Notes: a model not told the origin generated them from the sequence alone. A stretch of DNA of 64,000 nt from Rebecca billardiae RCC1528 (GCA_965240325.2 OZ251226.1:2480001-2544000); one strand, 5' to 3'; counted from the first letter of the stretch, positions 42,065-55,227 are shown. Translations and numbers: made by a program.

Positions 42065-42281
42065 AAGGCGGTTCATCCATCGAGGCAAGCGGGTAACTGG
42101 CTTTAAATAGCGCTATTCAAAAGAATCTCTTCAATATGATGAGGAGGTTCATCCAACGAGACAGGTGAGTAACTTGGTTTAAAATCGCCATTCAAAAGAA
42201 TCTCTTTCAATACCATGAGGCGGTTCATCCATCGAGACATGCGGGTAACTTCTTTTCGCAAGCGCTATTCAAAAGAATCTG
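42065..42281 (+). repeat. Three ~75-bp tandem repeats (aggcggttcatccatcgag..gcgggtaact..gctattcaaaagaatct); partial copy at 39690-39745
   Basis: Directly visible at ~42066, 42141 and 42218. Confidence 0.85.
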
Positions 42282-42419
42282 GCCTCATAGCTGTTTTCGA
42301 CCCAAAACAATCAAACGTCGCTCGGCAAACTCGTACTCCAGCATACAAGAAGGACAAAAATACTCACTTGTTTCACCCCCGGGGTATCTGATCCCACGTC
42401 CGTCCATAGTAGATACAAG

Positions 42420-42870
42420 ATTGCAGCGGGCGCGGCCTTTTAAGCTGTGATGGACAGCATACCCCCCCTCAAAAAGTCGAAAACTCACCCTCCAACAGCC
42501 CTCAAAATCGTCCCCCATGCCCTTTTCTTTGATCAAAAGATCTTTTTGACAACGTAGTGAGGGCCCCCGGCGGGGCTCCACGCTACGCGCTCCGCCCTGC
42601 ACCGCGGGCCATAATGGCCCGCGGTGCAGGGCGGAGCGCGCAGCGTGGAGCCTGCACTGCGGGCCCGAACCACGTTTCAAAAAGATCTTTGATCAAGAAA
42701 AAAGGGACGGGGGCGATTTTTAGGGCTGGCGGAGACCGAGTTTCGAGTTTTTGAGATCGCATAGAGAGGTCTATTAGGCCGAAAAAGAGCGCGCCCACGA
42801 TATTCCCTAAGTAAAGTGCGATCTGGACGTGAGCCGGACGTGACTTTAGCGTAACGGTTCGTTACGAGCG
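42420..42870. mobile_element. Two family A ends abutting back-to-back (…CGCGGGCC ataat GGCCCGCG…)
   Basis: One copy ends at 42610 and the next begins at 42616, forming an imperfect palindrome. Outer boundaries approximate. Confidence 0.78.
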
Positions 42871-45659
42871 AATCCGGAATCGTATTCGTCGTCCCGGATC
42901 GCGTGACGTCCGGACTAGGCCACATCCGGATCATCGGAGGTGACGTGCCCCGGCACGATGGCGGATCGGCGGGACCAACCCCTGGCTGCGAGCGCGCCTG
43001 CACGTGCCTCCGGACCCGCCTCCCGCTTGCTGCTCACGCAGTCAAGCTGCGACCATGGCGCATGATCGCAGAAGCAGTGCCAGCAGTACGGCCTGCATCA
43101 GCTAGTGCCGCGCCGTCGTGGCGCGCTCGGTAGTTGCGCGTTTGCAGCGCTCGCCGCTCGGCGACGCCGCGACGGCACGCGCGTGCGGCTCAGGTGTGTC
43201 AAATGCGGTCTCGTCGGCGCGCTTTCGCCTGCCACCTCGTGCACCCGTGCCGCCAGTTTCATCGTCTATATGAGGACTGCTGCTGCTGTCGCCATCCGCT
43301 CTCCATCACCCCGAGTCGCGCGGCGCGCGCGGTAGGCAGGGCGTACGGTCACTCACCCGTGCAACGGGTCAAGTGGCCAGAGTACGTCTGGTCGTTGGCT
43401 GGCACGGGCCGCAGCGCTAAAGCACCCTGCTGTCAAACCCGACTCCTTCAGTACTCCGAGCTCCGCGGCACGACTCACTCGGCACGATCGCGGACGGGTC
43501 AGAGACTCCGAGCTGATCAGCCAGAGTTGGACAGTTTGGCCCAGCTACTAGTCGTAATAGTTCTCAGACGGACGTCCGATGCCGATGGCACGATCGCGGA
43601 CGGGTCGGATCCGAGCTGATCAGCCAGTTGGACATTTGGCAGCCAGTTGTCAGACGGACGTCCGATTTGACGACCGGTGCCGGGTGCGGTCTCAGGTCCG
43701 CTGCTGTGATTGTGTGAAGTGTTCGAATGAGTCTCGCGGTCGCGCAGGCAGGGCGACGGTCGGACTAATAGCTTCAGTCATCTCAGAACCGACTTCGACT
43801 GGCGAACTGCCACTACGGCGGAGAGCCGCGATTGCACGGCCACCGCGGGCGCCCCCAACTGCGTTGATTCTATGCAGAAAAGGACCGCGCGGAACGCGGT
43901 CATATATATATATATATGCATGATCGGCTACGCCGATCTTCGGGTAGTAAACAACGAAGTTGAGGGCGCACGGCCCTACTGGTATGCAATAGTCGTCGCG
44001 TTCTTGACCGAATGACGATGCGCGCGCCCGGCGCGTCGCCGTGCAGGAGGCGCGGGCGCGAGTAATCGACGCGGTCGACGGCCCGGGCCTCGGGGGGCTG
44101 CGCCGCCTGTCGAACTCGACGCGCAGCAGCCGCAGCGCCTCCGCCCGGTGCGCATCGGGCAGCCCTGTTGTCTGTGGCCGCGCGCAGCGCGGAGATCGCG
44201 CTCGGCAGCTCGCCCGTCTCAGCCTCGCACAGCCTCGCGCGCTCGGCGGGATCGGCGCAGCGTCGGACGAGCTCGCTGCGGGGAAGAGCGTCGCGAGCAG
44301 CCGCGGCTCGAGCCTGTCTATCTACGACCTCCCGCAGCCGCAGTAGCCGCTCCTTGCACGCCTTTGTCTGTCAGGCTCGCCGCCGCGTCGATGCACTCGG
44401 TGCGAGGGCCGCTGCATGGCTGTGCGCGTCGGTGCCGCCGCGGGTGCTGTCGGCCGACGGCCCGGAGCGCGAGGACTACTGCGAGCACGGGCGAGAGGGG
44501 AGCACTGCGTCGCCCGTAGCATATGCCAACTCGCCATCATCGCGGGCTCGCCGCTCGCAGATCTAAGCCTGTGGCTCTCGTGTCAGGCACGGTCAGGCAT
44601 CCGTCGAGTGAGCGCCAGAGCCCCTCCTCACGGTCAGCGCGCGGCTCGCGCGCCAAATGCTTGCCGCGCCGCCATGCGCAGCCGTCAGCACGCCGCACGC
44701 GGCTCAGCCATCACAGCTCGGCCATGGTCATGGACGGCGCGAGCGTGAGCGGCGAGGGTTGGGCGAGCGACTTCTGAACATGCCGAGAGCCTCAGCTGCG
44801 CGGCGTGCGGCGTGGCGCGCGCGGGCGCGCGAATGGTCAGCTACGAGCCGGTCGACAACGGCCGCGTTCGTGCGACCGAGTGACGACGTGCTCGGTTGGA
44901 AAACGCACTGGGCCGAAGAGGCATGGCAGGGCGGGGCGCGCGGGGTGAACGAGGCACGAATGCGATGCCGACGGCCGTTGGGACCCGCCGCAGATCTGCG
45001 CGCACCTGCGCTGAGTCTTGTCGGATTGAACGATCGCGTGCAGTGCCCGCCTGTTCGCGAGCCCGCGTCGAGTTTGCGTGGCCAGTGGCCAAGGCAGTGG
45101 CAGCGCCTTTTGTAGCAATACTGTAAGTGATGAGCAGTATTAATCGACGGGAGATAACTATAGTAATCAGAAAATATACGGTTATGAATCGCGCGCGGGA
45201 ACGGGAACGCCTTAGGGCTACCCGCGTCAATGATATATCTCGTCGCCCGCGAGGGTTCGTGCGAAACGATGCGGATCGCGTGCCCTAGAACATCGCGCCA
45301 TAACCTGATGATATCCGCCACTGAGAAGCGACGGTTCATGACTTCAGATGCCGGCAATACTTTACTTCAAGCGACATAAAAGCCGACCGAACCTCTCTTT
45401 TCTATGGTTGGTGAGCTGTTTCAGGCTCTTACAATTCAAGCATCTTACTATGACGGAATGTTCGAACACACGGCTGGTGTGATGTGCTATTCCACCCTGC
45501 ATTCCCCTAAGTGTTACTATCGTTAAAATTAGCATCTACTACAAACGCAATCATTGGCAGCGAAATGCGTCCACTAGGGGTCCGGTCACATCTGAATCAA
45601 CCTACAAAAAACCCCAAAATCCTGCGCGCATCCTCTTTTTGATTTTGCGGAGCACGTGC

Positions 45660-45803
45660 GCCGCCCCCCCCCGGCTTTCGCTCACGCTCAGACCTTTCGG
45701 GGGGGGGGCGTGCGCCATGATGCTGATGCCGCCCCCGCCGGCTTTCACTCACGCTCGGCCCTTATTTCGGGGGGGGGGGCGGGGGGGCGGGCATGCGCCA
45801 TGA
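45660..45803. repeat. Two tandem ~68-bp poly-C/poly-G hairpin repeats downstream of the helicase gene
   Basis: gccgccccc..ccggctttc.ctcacgctc..cct..ttcggggggggggcg..tgcgccatgat x2. Confidence 0.7.
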
Positions 45804-45908
45804 TAGGACGACTTCTGCGGCTGCTGAATCTGCTGATACTTCTCGCCTGCGACTCAGTGGACACAGCTAGATAGTGAATAGTAACATCTCGTCTGACTGA
45901 GGCGCTCC

Positions 45909-47478
45909 TCAGCCGCGGTCGGCGCCCGCCGCTTCGCCCGGGATGTAGAGCGAGGGCGCGCACACCATGCCGCGCAGCGTGCGCGCGCGCGCGTCCTCAA
46001 GCCGGGCGCGCAGCCGCTCGTCGCCGAGCGCCGCCGCCGCGCGCGCAAACTCGGCGAGCAGCTCGGCGAGGGCGCGCAGCCCTCCGACGACGTGGCCCGG
46101 CGCCTCGTCCGCCGAGGCGGCGAGCGCCTCTGCAAACGTCGCGCCCGCGGCCCACGCCGCCGCCGCGGGCATGAGCCCCGGTCGCAGCGCGCGGCGGTAC
46201 GCTTGCGCGTCGCACGGGTAGCCCGCGCGCGCGCACGCGTCGGCCACGCCGTCGGCGCACGCGAGCGCGAGCGCGTGCAGCGCGCGCAGCGGCGGCGGCA
46301 GCGCGGCGCACGCCTCGCGCCACGCCGCCTCGGCCGCCTCCTCGTCCTCGCCGCCCTCCGCCTCGGGCGGCCTCGGTCCCTCCGTGTGCACCGCGCAGCT
46401 CAGCAGCGCGGCGAGGGCGGGCGCGTCGAGCGCCGAGGCGGCGGAGCCGGCCGCGCCGCCGCCCTCGCCGCCGCCCTCGCCGCCGAGCGCGCCGCAGAAG
46501 AGCAGCTGCGTGCACAGCAGCGCACACGCCGAGTGGAACGCCGCCGCCGCGCGCCCCTTGCGCGTGAGCACCGGCGGCTGCGCGCCGCCGTGCGCGCCGC
46601 GCGCGCCGTGCGGCTCCGCCATGCCCAGCGTCACGAGCGCGCGGCACATGGCCGGCTCGGCTGAGCCGAGCAGCGCGCCGTGCGCGCCCGCGCGCGCCGC
46701 GTGCTCCGCGCGCGCGCCGTCGGCGCGCAGCTGCGCGCGCAGCCGCGCGCCCTCGAACGCGAGCTGCGCGTGCCCGTGCCCCGCGGCCGCGCGCGCCAGC
46801 GCCGGGTGTGCGCGCAGCGCCTGCTCCAGCGCGTCGATGCGGCCCACAAGCGTGATCAGCGCACGCTCGGGCGCGGCGGCGGCGGCGGCCGCGCGCGGCT
46901 CGGGCGGCGAGCCGGGGTGCGAGCCGCGCGCGCCGCGCGCCGGGCCGCGCCCGTCCTCGCCGAGCGCGCGCGCCAGCGCATCCTCGTCGTCGTCATCGTC
47001 GTCGTCGTCGTCGGCCGACAGCTCGGCTGCGGACGGCACGCCGCCGCCCGGCTCATCGCGCAAGTCCGCCTCCGCCTCCGCCTCCGCCTCCGCCTCCGCC
47101 TCCGCCTCCGCCTCCGCCTCGGCGGGCGGCACCGCCGCGCGGGCGCTCGGCTCGCGCGCGTGCGGCTCGGCGCGCGCGCACGCGTCGGCCGCGTGCGCGC
47201 CCATGTCCTGCAGCGGGCACAGCGCGGGCACGCCGCCGCCGCCGCCCAGCCTGCGCAGCGTCGCGCTCAGCGCGAGCGCCGTCGCCGCGCGCGCGTGCTC
47301 GCTCGACGCGAGCTCGCGCGGCAGCCACAGTCGTGCGGGGGAGAGGGTGTGCAGCGCGTGCCACGGGAGGCGGCGCGTGCGCAGCCGCGGCGGCGCGCCC
47401 GCGGGCGCGTCGGCGCGCGGCGGGCGGAGGAGCCCCACCTCGACCCAGCTCGGCGCGGCAGCGTCTGCGCGCTCGTCC

Positions 47479-47552
<74 letters not shown>

Positions 47553-49035
47553 CGCCGCCGCCTCCGCCGCCGCCGCCAGATCCTCCGCCGCGGCCGCCAC
47601 CGCCACCATCGCCGTGCCGGCTGCGTCGGCGCGGACCGCCGGCGCGGGCTCGGCGCGCGCGGCCGCAGGCGGGCGCGCGCCGAGCAGGACGGCCCACTCG
47701 CCGCCCCACGGCGCGGCGGCCGCGGCGGCGGCGGCGGCGGCGGCAGGCGCGTGCGCCGCGGCCGGCGCCGCCCCCGCCTCCCCCCCCTGGGCACCGGCTG
47801 CCGCCGCGTCCGCCGCCGCGTCCGCCGCAGGCAGCCGGACGCAGACCAGCCGGCCCGGCTGCAGGAACGGGCGCGCGCGCTCGCGCACCGCGCACTCGAA
47901 GCGCAGCTGCAGCGCCCACAGCGCTCGGCGCATGGCGAACACCTCGTCCCAGGCCGCCTCCTCCGCGTCCGCCGCCGCACCCTCCGCCGCGTCCGCCGCC
48001 GTCGGCTCCGCGCGCTCGGCCGCGCCGCCGCCGCCGGCCGGCGGTGGCGGCACGCTCGCGCCGTGCGCGCTGCCGCGCAGGCGCGCGCGCACGCGCGCGA
48101 GCGCCGCGCGCGTCGCCGTCGCCTCGGCCACGATGGCCGCCGCGCGCCGCGCCGCCACCCACGCGCCAAGCGAGTGCTCATGTAGCGTGGCCGTCGCCAG
48201 CGCGCCGCCGCCGCCCGCGCCGTCCGCGCGCAGAGCGTGCAGCAGCGCAGACCAGGCGAGCGCGTCTCTGCCGGAGCTGAGCGCGCGCGGCGGCGCCTCG
48301 TACAGCGCGCGCACCGCGCCCACGTCGAGGCCCTCCGCGTCCCGCCGCCCGCCGCCGCCGAGCAGCAGCACCGCCAGTCCCGCCGAGTCGTGGCCCCTCC
48401 GCCCCGCGCGACCGGCCATCTGAGCGTACTCGGCGGGGCTGAGCTGCCGGCGCTCGCGGCCGTCGAACTTGGTGGCTGAGGCGAGGAGCACGGCGCGCGC
48501 GGGCAGGTTGACGCCGAGCGCGAGCGTCTCGGTGGCGCAGAGCAGCCGCAGCCGCCCCTCCGCGAACAGCAGCTCGGCGAGCTCGCGCACGAGTGGCAGC
48601 AGACCGCCGTGGTGCGCGCACACGCCCGCACAGAGCATGGCGCGCGCGGCCACGAGCTCGGGGAGCGCGGTGTCTTCGTCGGGCAGCGCGCACGAGACGG
48701 CCGCGTCGAAGATCGCGCCGATGGTGCGCGCCTCGGCCGCGCTCACGAGCGGGCGGGCGCGGCGGGCGCGACGCGGGCGCGACGCGCCGCCGCCGCCGCC
48801 GCCGCCGCCGCCGAGCTCGGCGCCGGCCGCCGCGCCGCCCATAGAATCGTCCTCGTCGCCACCGCCGTCGCCGTCGTCGTGCGCGCCGCCCCAGCGCTCG
48901 GCCATCGTCTCGGCGCAGCGCTCGGCCTCGGCGCGCGAGGGGAAGAAGGCGATGGCGGGCAGCAGCTCGAGCGAGCGCAGGCCCTCGAGCGCCGCGCACG
49001 CGTGCGCGGCGGCGCGCGCGGCGGCGGACGCGCGA

Positions 49036-49069
<34 letters not shown>

Positions 49070-49877
49070 GCCGCGCGCGCCCGCCCGCGCGCGCCGCGCC
49101 GAGGGATCGCGCCTCCTCGAGCGCGCTGCCGATCGCTTCGAGGCGCGCGGGCGCGTCCGCGTCCTTGGCGAGGTACAGCCCGGAGCCGCCCGCCGGCAGC
49201 AGGTAGTGCCGCAGCGGCACCGGGCGGCGCGCGCACACGGCCAGCTCGCACGGCTGCGCGCGCGCGCCGCGCACGTGCGACACCCAGCCTGCAAAGTCTT
49301 GCGGCTGCGAGATGGTGGCGGAGAGCAGGACGAGCTGCACGCGCGGCGGGAGGAGGATGATGAGCTCCTCCCACACGAAGCCGCGCGAGCGGTCCGCCAC
49401 GTAGTGCGCCTCGTCGAACACTACTACCGCCGCCTCGGCCAGCAGCGCGTCCGCCGTGTGCAGCAGCAGACGCAGCACCTCGGTCGTCATCACGACGCAC
49501 GGCGCGGCCGGCGCGATCGACACGTCGCCGGTCACGATGCCGACCTGCCCGTCGAAGCGGGCGTGCAGCTCCTGGTACTTCTGGTTGGAGAGCGCCTTGA
49601 TCGGCGAGGTGTACACCGCGCGCGCGCCCGCGCGCAACGCGCGCCAGATCGCGATCTCGCCCACCAGCGACTTGCCCGCGGACGTGGGCGCGCACACGAG
49701 CACAGAGCGCCCCGCGCGCAGCGAGCGCAGCGCAGACGCCTGGAAGGGCTCGAGCAGCATGGCGGGGCCGAGGAGCGCGCGCAGCGCGGCGTCCTCCGCG
49801 GCCCACGGGTCGGGCGCGGCGGCGGCGGCGGGCGCCGCGCCGGGGACGAGGGCGGGCGCGCCGCGCGGCGCCGCGAG

Positions 49878-49929
<52 letters not shown>

Positions 49930-52796
49930 GCCTCGGCCGCGGCGGCGGGCTCCGGCACGCGCGCGCGCGACGGCGCGCGCTCACCACTGCTCGTCTCGGC
50001 CGCCGCAGGCTTGTCGCGGCTGCGCTTCGCTCCGACCGCCACCTCGGCCGCCGGGCGCGGCGGGCTCCCCGGCTCGGCGCCGCCCGCCGCCGCCGCCGCC
50101 GCAGCCTCGTCCTCCGCTGCGGCCTCGTCCTCCGCCGCCGCCATCGGCTGCGCCGCCGCCGCCGCCTCAGCCGCCGCTATCGGCTCCGCCGCCGCCACCG
50201 CCTCAGCCGCCGCTATCGGCTCCGCCGCCGCCATCGGCTCCGCCGCCGCGCCCTCCGCGCCCTCCGCCTCGGCCGGCGCCGCGTCCGCGCGCAGCGCGAC
50301 GAGCGAGTCGCGCCCGCTGCCGCGCAGCACGTGGATGCCGCTGCCCTGGGCGGAGCGCGCGGCGAGCACGCGGCGCAGCAGCTCCCACGCGCTCCCCTCC
50401 GGCCCGGCCGGGTCGTACCAGCAGACGCCCTTGGCGGCGGACTGCACTAGATCCGAGAGGCCCAGGCCGGTCATCTCGGGCTGCTCGGCGTGCACGCGCG
50501 CCCACAGCTCGCGCAGCGTGAGCGCGGCGCGACCGGCGCTCGCGCGGCGCAGCACCTCGCGCGCGGCGTGCTCGAACGCCTCGATCATCACCACGCGCAC
50601 CCGGAAGCCCGCGCGGGACTCGCCCTTGCCGAGCGGCGTCATCGCACCCATCTCGGATGGGCGCGGCGGCGGCGTCCCCAGGAAGGCGTGCTGCTTGCTC
50701 GGCTCGTACGCGGGCGGCAGCTGGATGAACTCGGGCGGCTTGCCGCCGCGCGCGCGGCTCGCCTCGAGCTCGGCCTGCTTCGCCTCGGGCAGCAGCTCGA
50801 CGAGCGTCTCCAGCCCGGTGAAGCGGACCAGAAGCCCGTGCGCGCGCGCCTCGCTGTCCGCCGCCTCTGCCGTGTCGCCCGCGCCCGCGCTGAGCAGCAG
50901 CCACAGCCGCGCCATGTTGGGGCTGACGAAGGCGCCGTCGAGCGGCTTCACCGTGTACGCGCTCGCCCTCCTCGCCGCCCCCTCGTTCACCACCAGCAGC
51001 AGCGCGCGCCAGTGCACCCACGGGTGCGCTAGCAGCTCGCGCACGCCGCGCGCGTGCACCATCCGCGCCAGCTGGCCCACGGGCCACACCCGCTGCTGAG
51101 CCTTCGTGTTGGTCGCGAGCAGGTAGCGCAGCATGCGGTACAGCGCGCGCTGGCCCTGGCGGCGCACGCAGAAGCGCCACGCGCCGCGCTGCACGTCGAT
51201 CAGCTCGTCGCCGATCTCGGCGAACGCCTCGTCCAGCTGGGCGCGCCGCGGGTTGACGTTGACGCGCGCCGCGGGCTGCGCCGCCGCCGGCGCCGCCGCC
51301 GCGGGCAAGGGCGAGGGCTTGCCCGGTGAGGGCGCTCGCACGGGCAAGGGCGAGGGCTTGCCCGGTGAGACTGCGCGCGCGGGCAACGGCGAGGGCTTGC
51401 CCGGCGAGGCCGCGCTCGCGGGCAAGGGCGTGGGCCTGCCCGGCGAGGCCGCGCTCGCCTGCGCCGAGGCCGACGGCGCGCGTTCGGGTGCCACGCCGCC
51501 CGCCGGCTCTGCGGACGCGTCTCGTTGCTCACGACGCGTCAGCAGCGGCAGAGCCGGTTGCGACTTGTACGCCAGCTCGTGCGCCGGCACGAGCATCGAA
51601 GGCTCGTTGGGGCGGGACCAGACGGCAAAGGGCAGCGGCTCGTCGCCCTCGTCCACGGGCCGGTTGCAGCGCAGCAGGTCCGTCAGGAGCATCAGCGGCG
51701 GCGCGATCTTCTTGGTGCCCTCCTTGTTGCGCGCGCGCACGCGCGACGGCACCCCGGACTGCCAGCCGGGCATCTGCTCGAGCCGCTCGAGCACGCCCGC
51801 GCACGTGAGCCTCTCCGGCGCGGCCTCCCGATGCATGTGCGCCACGGTGGCGCGCAGCTCGCGCAGCGTGCCCGCCTGCACGACGTACTCGCGGTGCTGC
51901 GTCTCCACGAGCACCTCGACGGTCGGGGGCGTCACGGCTGCACTGCGCGGCCCATTGAGCGCCGGCTGGGCCGCGGAGGGCGCCGCCTCCGAGGCCGGCG
52001 CCGGCGCAGCGGGCGCTGGGCGGCCGGGCGGCAACGGCGGCTGCGGGCAGAGCCCTGTCGGCGAGCGCGGCGGCGGCGGCGCTGGCGACGGGATCGGCAC
52101 CGGCGGCGGGCCCTGCGGAGGTGTGGCTGCCGGCGGCGTTCGCGCGTCGTGGGACTCGACGCGCTCGGCGCGCTCGACCGGCGCGCGCTGCGGCGGCGCT
52201 GCGCTGGCCGGCGGTGCGGGCGCGCAGCCGCCCGCAGCATGCTGCAGCACGCTCGCGACCGTCCTGCTGAGGAACGGCGGCCGCGACGCGCTCTGCATGA
52301 GCAAGGGCAGCATGCGCGCGCGCGCCTCGGCGAGCGCGGCGCCTGTGGGGCGCACCTTGGCCAGGCTGACTGCTCTGTGCACGAGCGCCGCCGCGAGCTG
52401 CCCTGAGGCTGCCGTGACCACCAGCAGCGAGCGCGCGCACGAAAAGAGCACCATCTCAGGCGCGGCGCGGAGCGCGAGGACGCCGAGCGCGCCCGGGTGC
52501 GGCGCGGCGGCAGGCAGCACCAGCTCCATGGCAGCGATCACGTCCTCGCTTCCCACGTCCTCAGACGCGAGCGTCTGCAGGATCGGCGGCCATGTCAGGC
52601 AGACGAGCGCCATCGCCTCGGCCGCGGTCCGCACACCATCCTCGCTCTCGAGGCGGTGGTGCGACGAGATGACGAAGAAGATGGTCTCGGGGCTCACGGT
52701 CGGGAGGAGAAGACGCACGCTCTGCAGCGTCGGCGGCGCGCCCCGGCCGCCGAGCGCCCGATCGATGGTCGGCGGCGCGGGCGGCGCGGATGTCAT
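45909..52796 (-). CDS. Ski2/Mtr4-like DExH-box RNA helicase with ~1000-aa N-terminal extension
   Basis: Motifs APTSAGKS, YTSPIKALSNQKY, DEAHY, LSAT, HHGGLLP, ATETLALGVNLPAR, QMAGRAGRRG; DSHCT-like end RGMVCAPSLYI. ATG 52796 chosen because it avoids overlap with the divergent neighbour. Confidence 0.9.
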
Positions 52797-52882
52797 TGGC
52801 TCCGCAGAATGCAGGTCGCGTCGCGGCCATTGAGACCGGCGGGAACACCGAGAGGCAATTCGCCTCGACACAGCGGGGGGAG

Positions 52883-53977
52883 ATGACAATGGCTGCTCCA
52901 CCGGCTCCACGGGCGGTGATGCATGGTGTGGCATGGCGGCTGTGCCTCTTCGCGCTGCTCATCGCACGATCGGCCACGGCCCCGATGGACCCTCAACCCG
53001 CGCTATCGGCCACGGCGCCGATGGACCCTCAACCCCCCGCGAGCGGCCAGCGATCCACGTGCCCAGTCACCCCGCTGCAGCACACCAGAACGCCGTCCGA
53101 CTTCAAGTTCCGGATTCGCGATGAAAAGGGGTGGCGCCCCAGCAGCTTGAACGTCCAGCAGCGGGGCGGCTCGTTCGGGGGCGCGGCCGGGCTCTACCTC
53201 TCGCTGCTCAAGACGGTGCTCACCGGAGGGCACAATGAGTCGTACCCAGAGCCGCTGCGTAGCGTGAACGGCAAGCGCGTCAACAAGGGCTGCGGAGCCT
53301 GGCTGCCATCATGCCTCCTCACGTGGGACGGCTGGGCGCGCGCGACGGCGCTGGAGGGCGTCGTGGAGACCATCGTGAGCGAGAAGGTGCCGGGCGACTT
53401 TGCGGAGGTGGGCGTCTTCCGCGGTGGGCTGTCCATGTACATGCAGGCGCTGCTGCTCGTCGCGGGCGAGACTGAGTCGCGTGACTTGTGGATGGTCGAC
53501 AGCTACCAGGGCATGGGCTCTGCCGAGCAGATCAAGCAGCTCGCGTCCGCGGTGGGCCACCAGCCGGACCCGAAGGAGACCAAGTGGGATGGCAAGCTGA
53601 CGCATGGCGGCACCGCGGCCTCGAAGGAGCCGGGGCGCTTGGTCCTCGACACGTTCATGCGGCTCAACCTGCTCCGGCCCAACGTGAAGGTCTTGCCCGG
53701 CTGGGTGCAGGACGTGCTCGTCGAGGGCTGCGAGCAGATGAGCCGGCTCGCGCTGCTGCGCATCGACGTGGATCTGTATGCGCCCACGTACATCGTGCTC
53801 GAGCGGCTGTACCCGAGGCTGGTGCCGGGCGGCTTTGTGCTGTTCGACGACTACAAGCTGCCGTACGCGGCCAAGGCGATGAACGACTACCGCGCCAGGC
53901 ACGGCATCAAGGAGCCGGTGCGCTTCTTGAGCGGCACGTTCGACAAGATGGCCTACTGGAGGAAGCCAGCCTCTTGA
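52883..53977 (+). CDS. TylF/MycF/NovP-family O-methyltransferase with signal peptide
   Basis: VPGDFAEVGVFRGG, DSYQGM, GWVQD, LALLRIDVDLY, LYPRLVPGGFVLFDDY, AMNDYRARHGI. Hydrophobic N-terminus WRLCLFALLIARSATA. Confidence 0.92.
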   Translation: MTMAAPPAPRAVMHGVAWRLCLFALLIARSATAPMDPQPALSATAPMDPQPPASGQRSTCPVTPLQHTRTPSDFKFRIRDEKGWRPSSLNVQQRGGSFGGAAGLYLSLLKTVLTGGHNESYPEPLRSVNGKRVNKGCGAWLPSCLLTWDGWARATALEGVVETIVSEKVPGDFAEVGVFRGGLSMYMQALLLVAGETESRDLWMVDSYQGMGSAEQIKQLASAVGHQPDPKETKWDGKLTHGGTAASKEPGRLVLDTFMRLNLLRPNVKVLPGWVQDVLVEGCEQMSRLALLRIDVDLYAPTYIVLERLYPRLVPGGFVLFDDYKLPYAAKAMNDYRARHGIKEPVRFLSGTFDKMAYWRKPAS

Positions 53978-54108
53978 GTCACACTGGTTGCGAGGAGGAC
54001 CTTGGAGAAGCCTCGCATGCGGATTGCGACGAGAGGGCAGAGCGGATGGGCACGCCACAGTCTGCGGCCGCCTGCGGCCGCGGGGCATCGATGTTCATCA
54101 TGCTTGCA

Positions 54109-55227
54109 TAGTCTAGTTCAGGGATTCACCCGGACTGCTCGTGAAACGCACCAACACCGGTCGGTGTTGGTTAGCTGGGCGCATGGCTGCCCTTGTGGTG
54201 CGCGGTGGCGACGAACATATGCCGAGCACGACGCCAAGACGGCCCGCGCACACCAGTAGAGACGGGCTAGTGGCGTCGTACGGCCCCAGCGTGCCCTACT
54301 GAGGCGCTTGAGCCGACATCCTGCGCCCAGTTGAGGCCGTACGTTCGTGCGGGCTCGTCTGCACACCCATCGCCGGTGTTGGTTCAAACGTGCGGGCGCG
54401 GCGCGATGTAGCACACCAAGGTGAGGGGTACTGTGGTGGGGGACGTGTTGGTGCGGTGCTGGCACGCACTCTCCTAGCGTCCTTTCCCCGCCAAAGCCTC
54501 CGAGCAAGTATGAGTACGCGGATTGACATGAAGGCTCACCAACTAGTCACCCGTCTTCACGTGTGCGGCCGCCATCTAGGCATGGGCGTGCTCGATATTT
54601 TGCGGACAAGGTGCGAGCGTGCTCGACCACAGGGAGTTAGACAAGCATAGTGCTGTGACATGCTCCTCGGTAGCTCTGCGACTTGTCAGCAGCAATGGCA
54701 CGCGCGGCACGCGCCAAACAGGCTCACTGTGACGCAGCATGCAAGGCAGCATTCACAGCCATGAATAAATAACGAAATGGCCGAAAATGGTCTGTGTGGT
54801 GGTATAACCGTGAGCGAAGCCTTACTTGCGTGAATCTCCAGACCGATGGGTCGTACGACAAGGCCGAGCTAGGAGAGTGCGTGCCAGTACCGCACCAACA
54901 CGTCCCCCACCACAGTACCCCTCACCTTGGTGTGCTACATCGCGCCGCGCCCGCACGTTTGAACCAACACCGGCGATGGGTGTGCAGACGAGCCCGCACG
55001 AACGTACGGCCTCAACTGGGCGCAGGATGTCGGCTCAAGCGCCTCAGTAGGGCACGCTGGGGCCGTACGACGCCACTAGCCCGTCTCTACTGGTGTGCGC
55101 GGGCCGTCTTGGCGTCGTGCTCGGCATGTGTTCGTCGCCACCGCGCACCACAAGGGCAGCCATGCGCCCCAGCGAACCAACACCGACGGTGTTGGCGGCT
55201 CCCGGACTTTTTCCCTGAACTAGACTA
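54109..55227. mobile_element. 1119-bp non-autonomous long-TIR element (TAG...CTA termini, ~370-bp TIRs, TGCA on both flanks), Academ-like
   Basis: tgca|TAGTCTAGTTCAGGGA ... TCCCTGAACTAGACTA|tgca. Arms ~54109-54479 and ~54867-55227 are near reverse complements. The superfamily is inferred from termini only. Confidence 0.8.

Noticed and set aside
44020-45120. Possible gene remnant
   Set aside because: Only short, inconsistent frames without recognisable motifs; no call can be supported.
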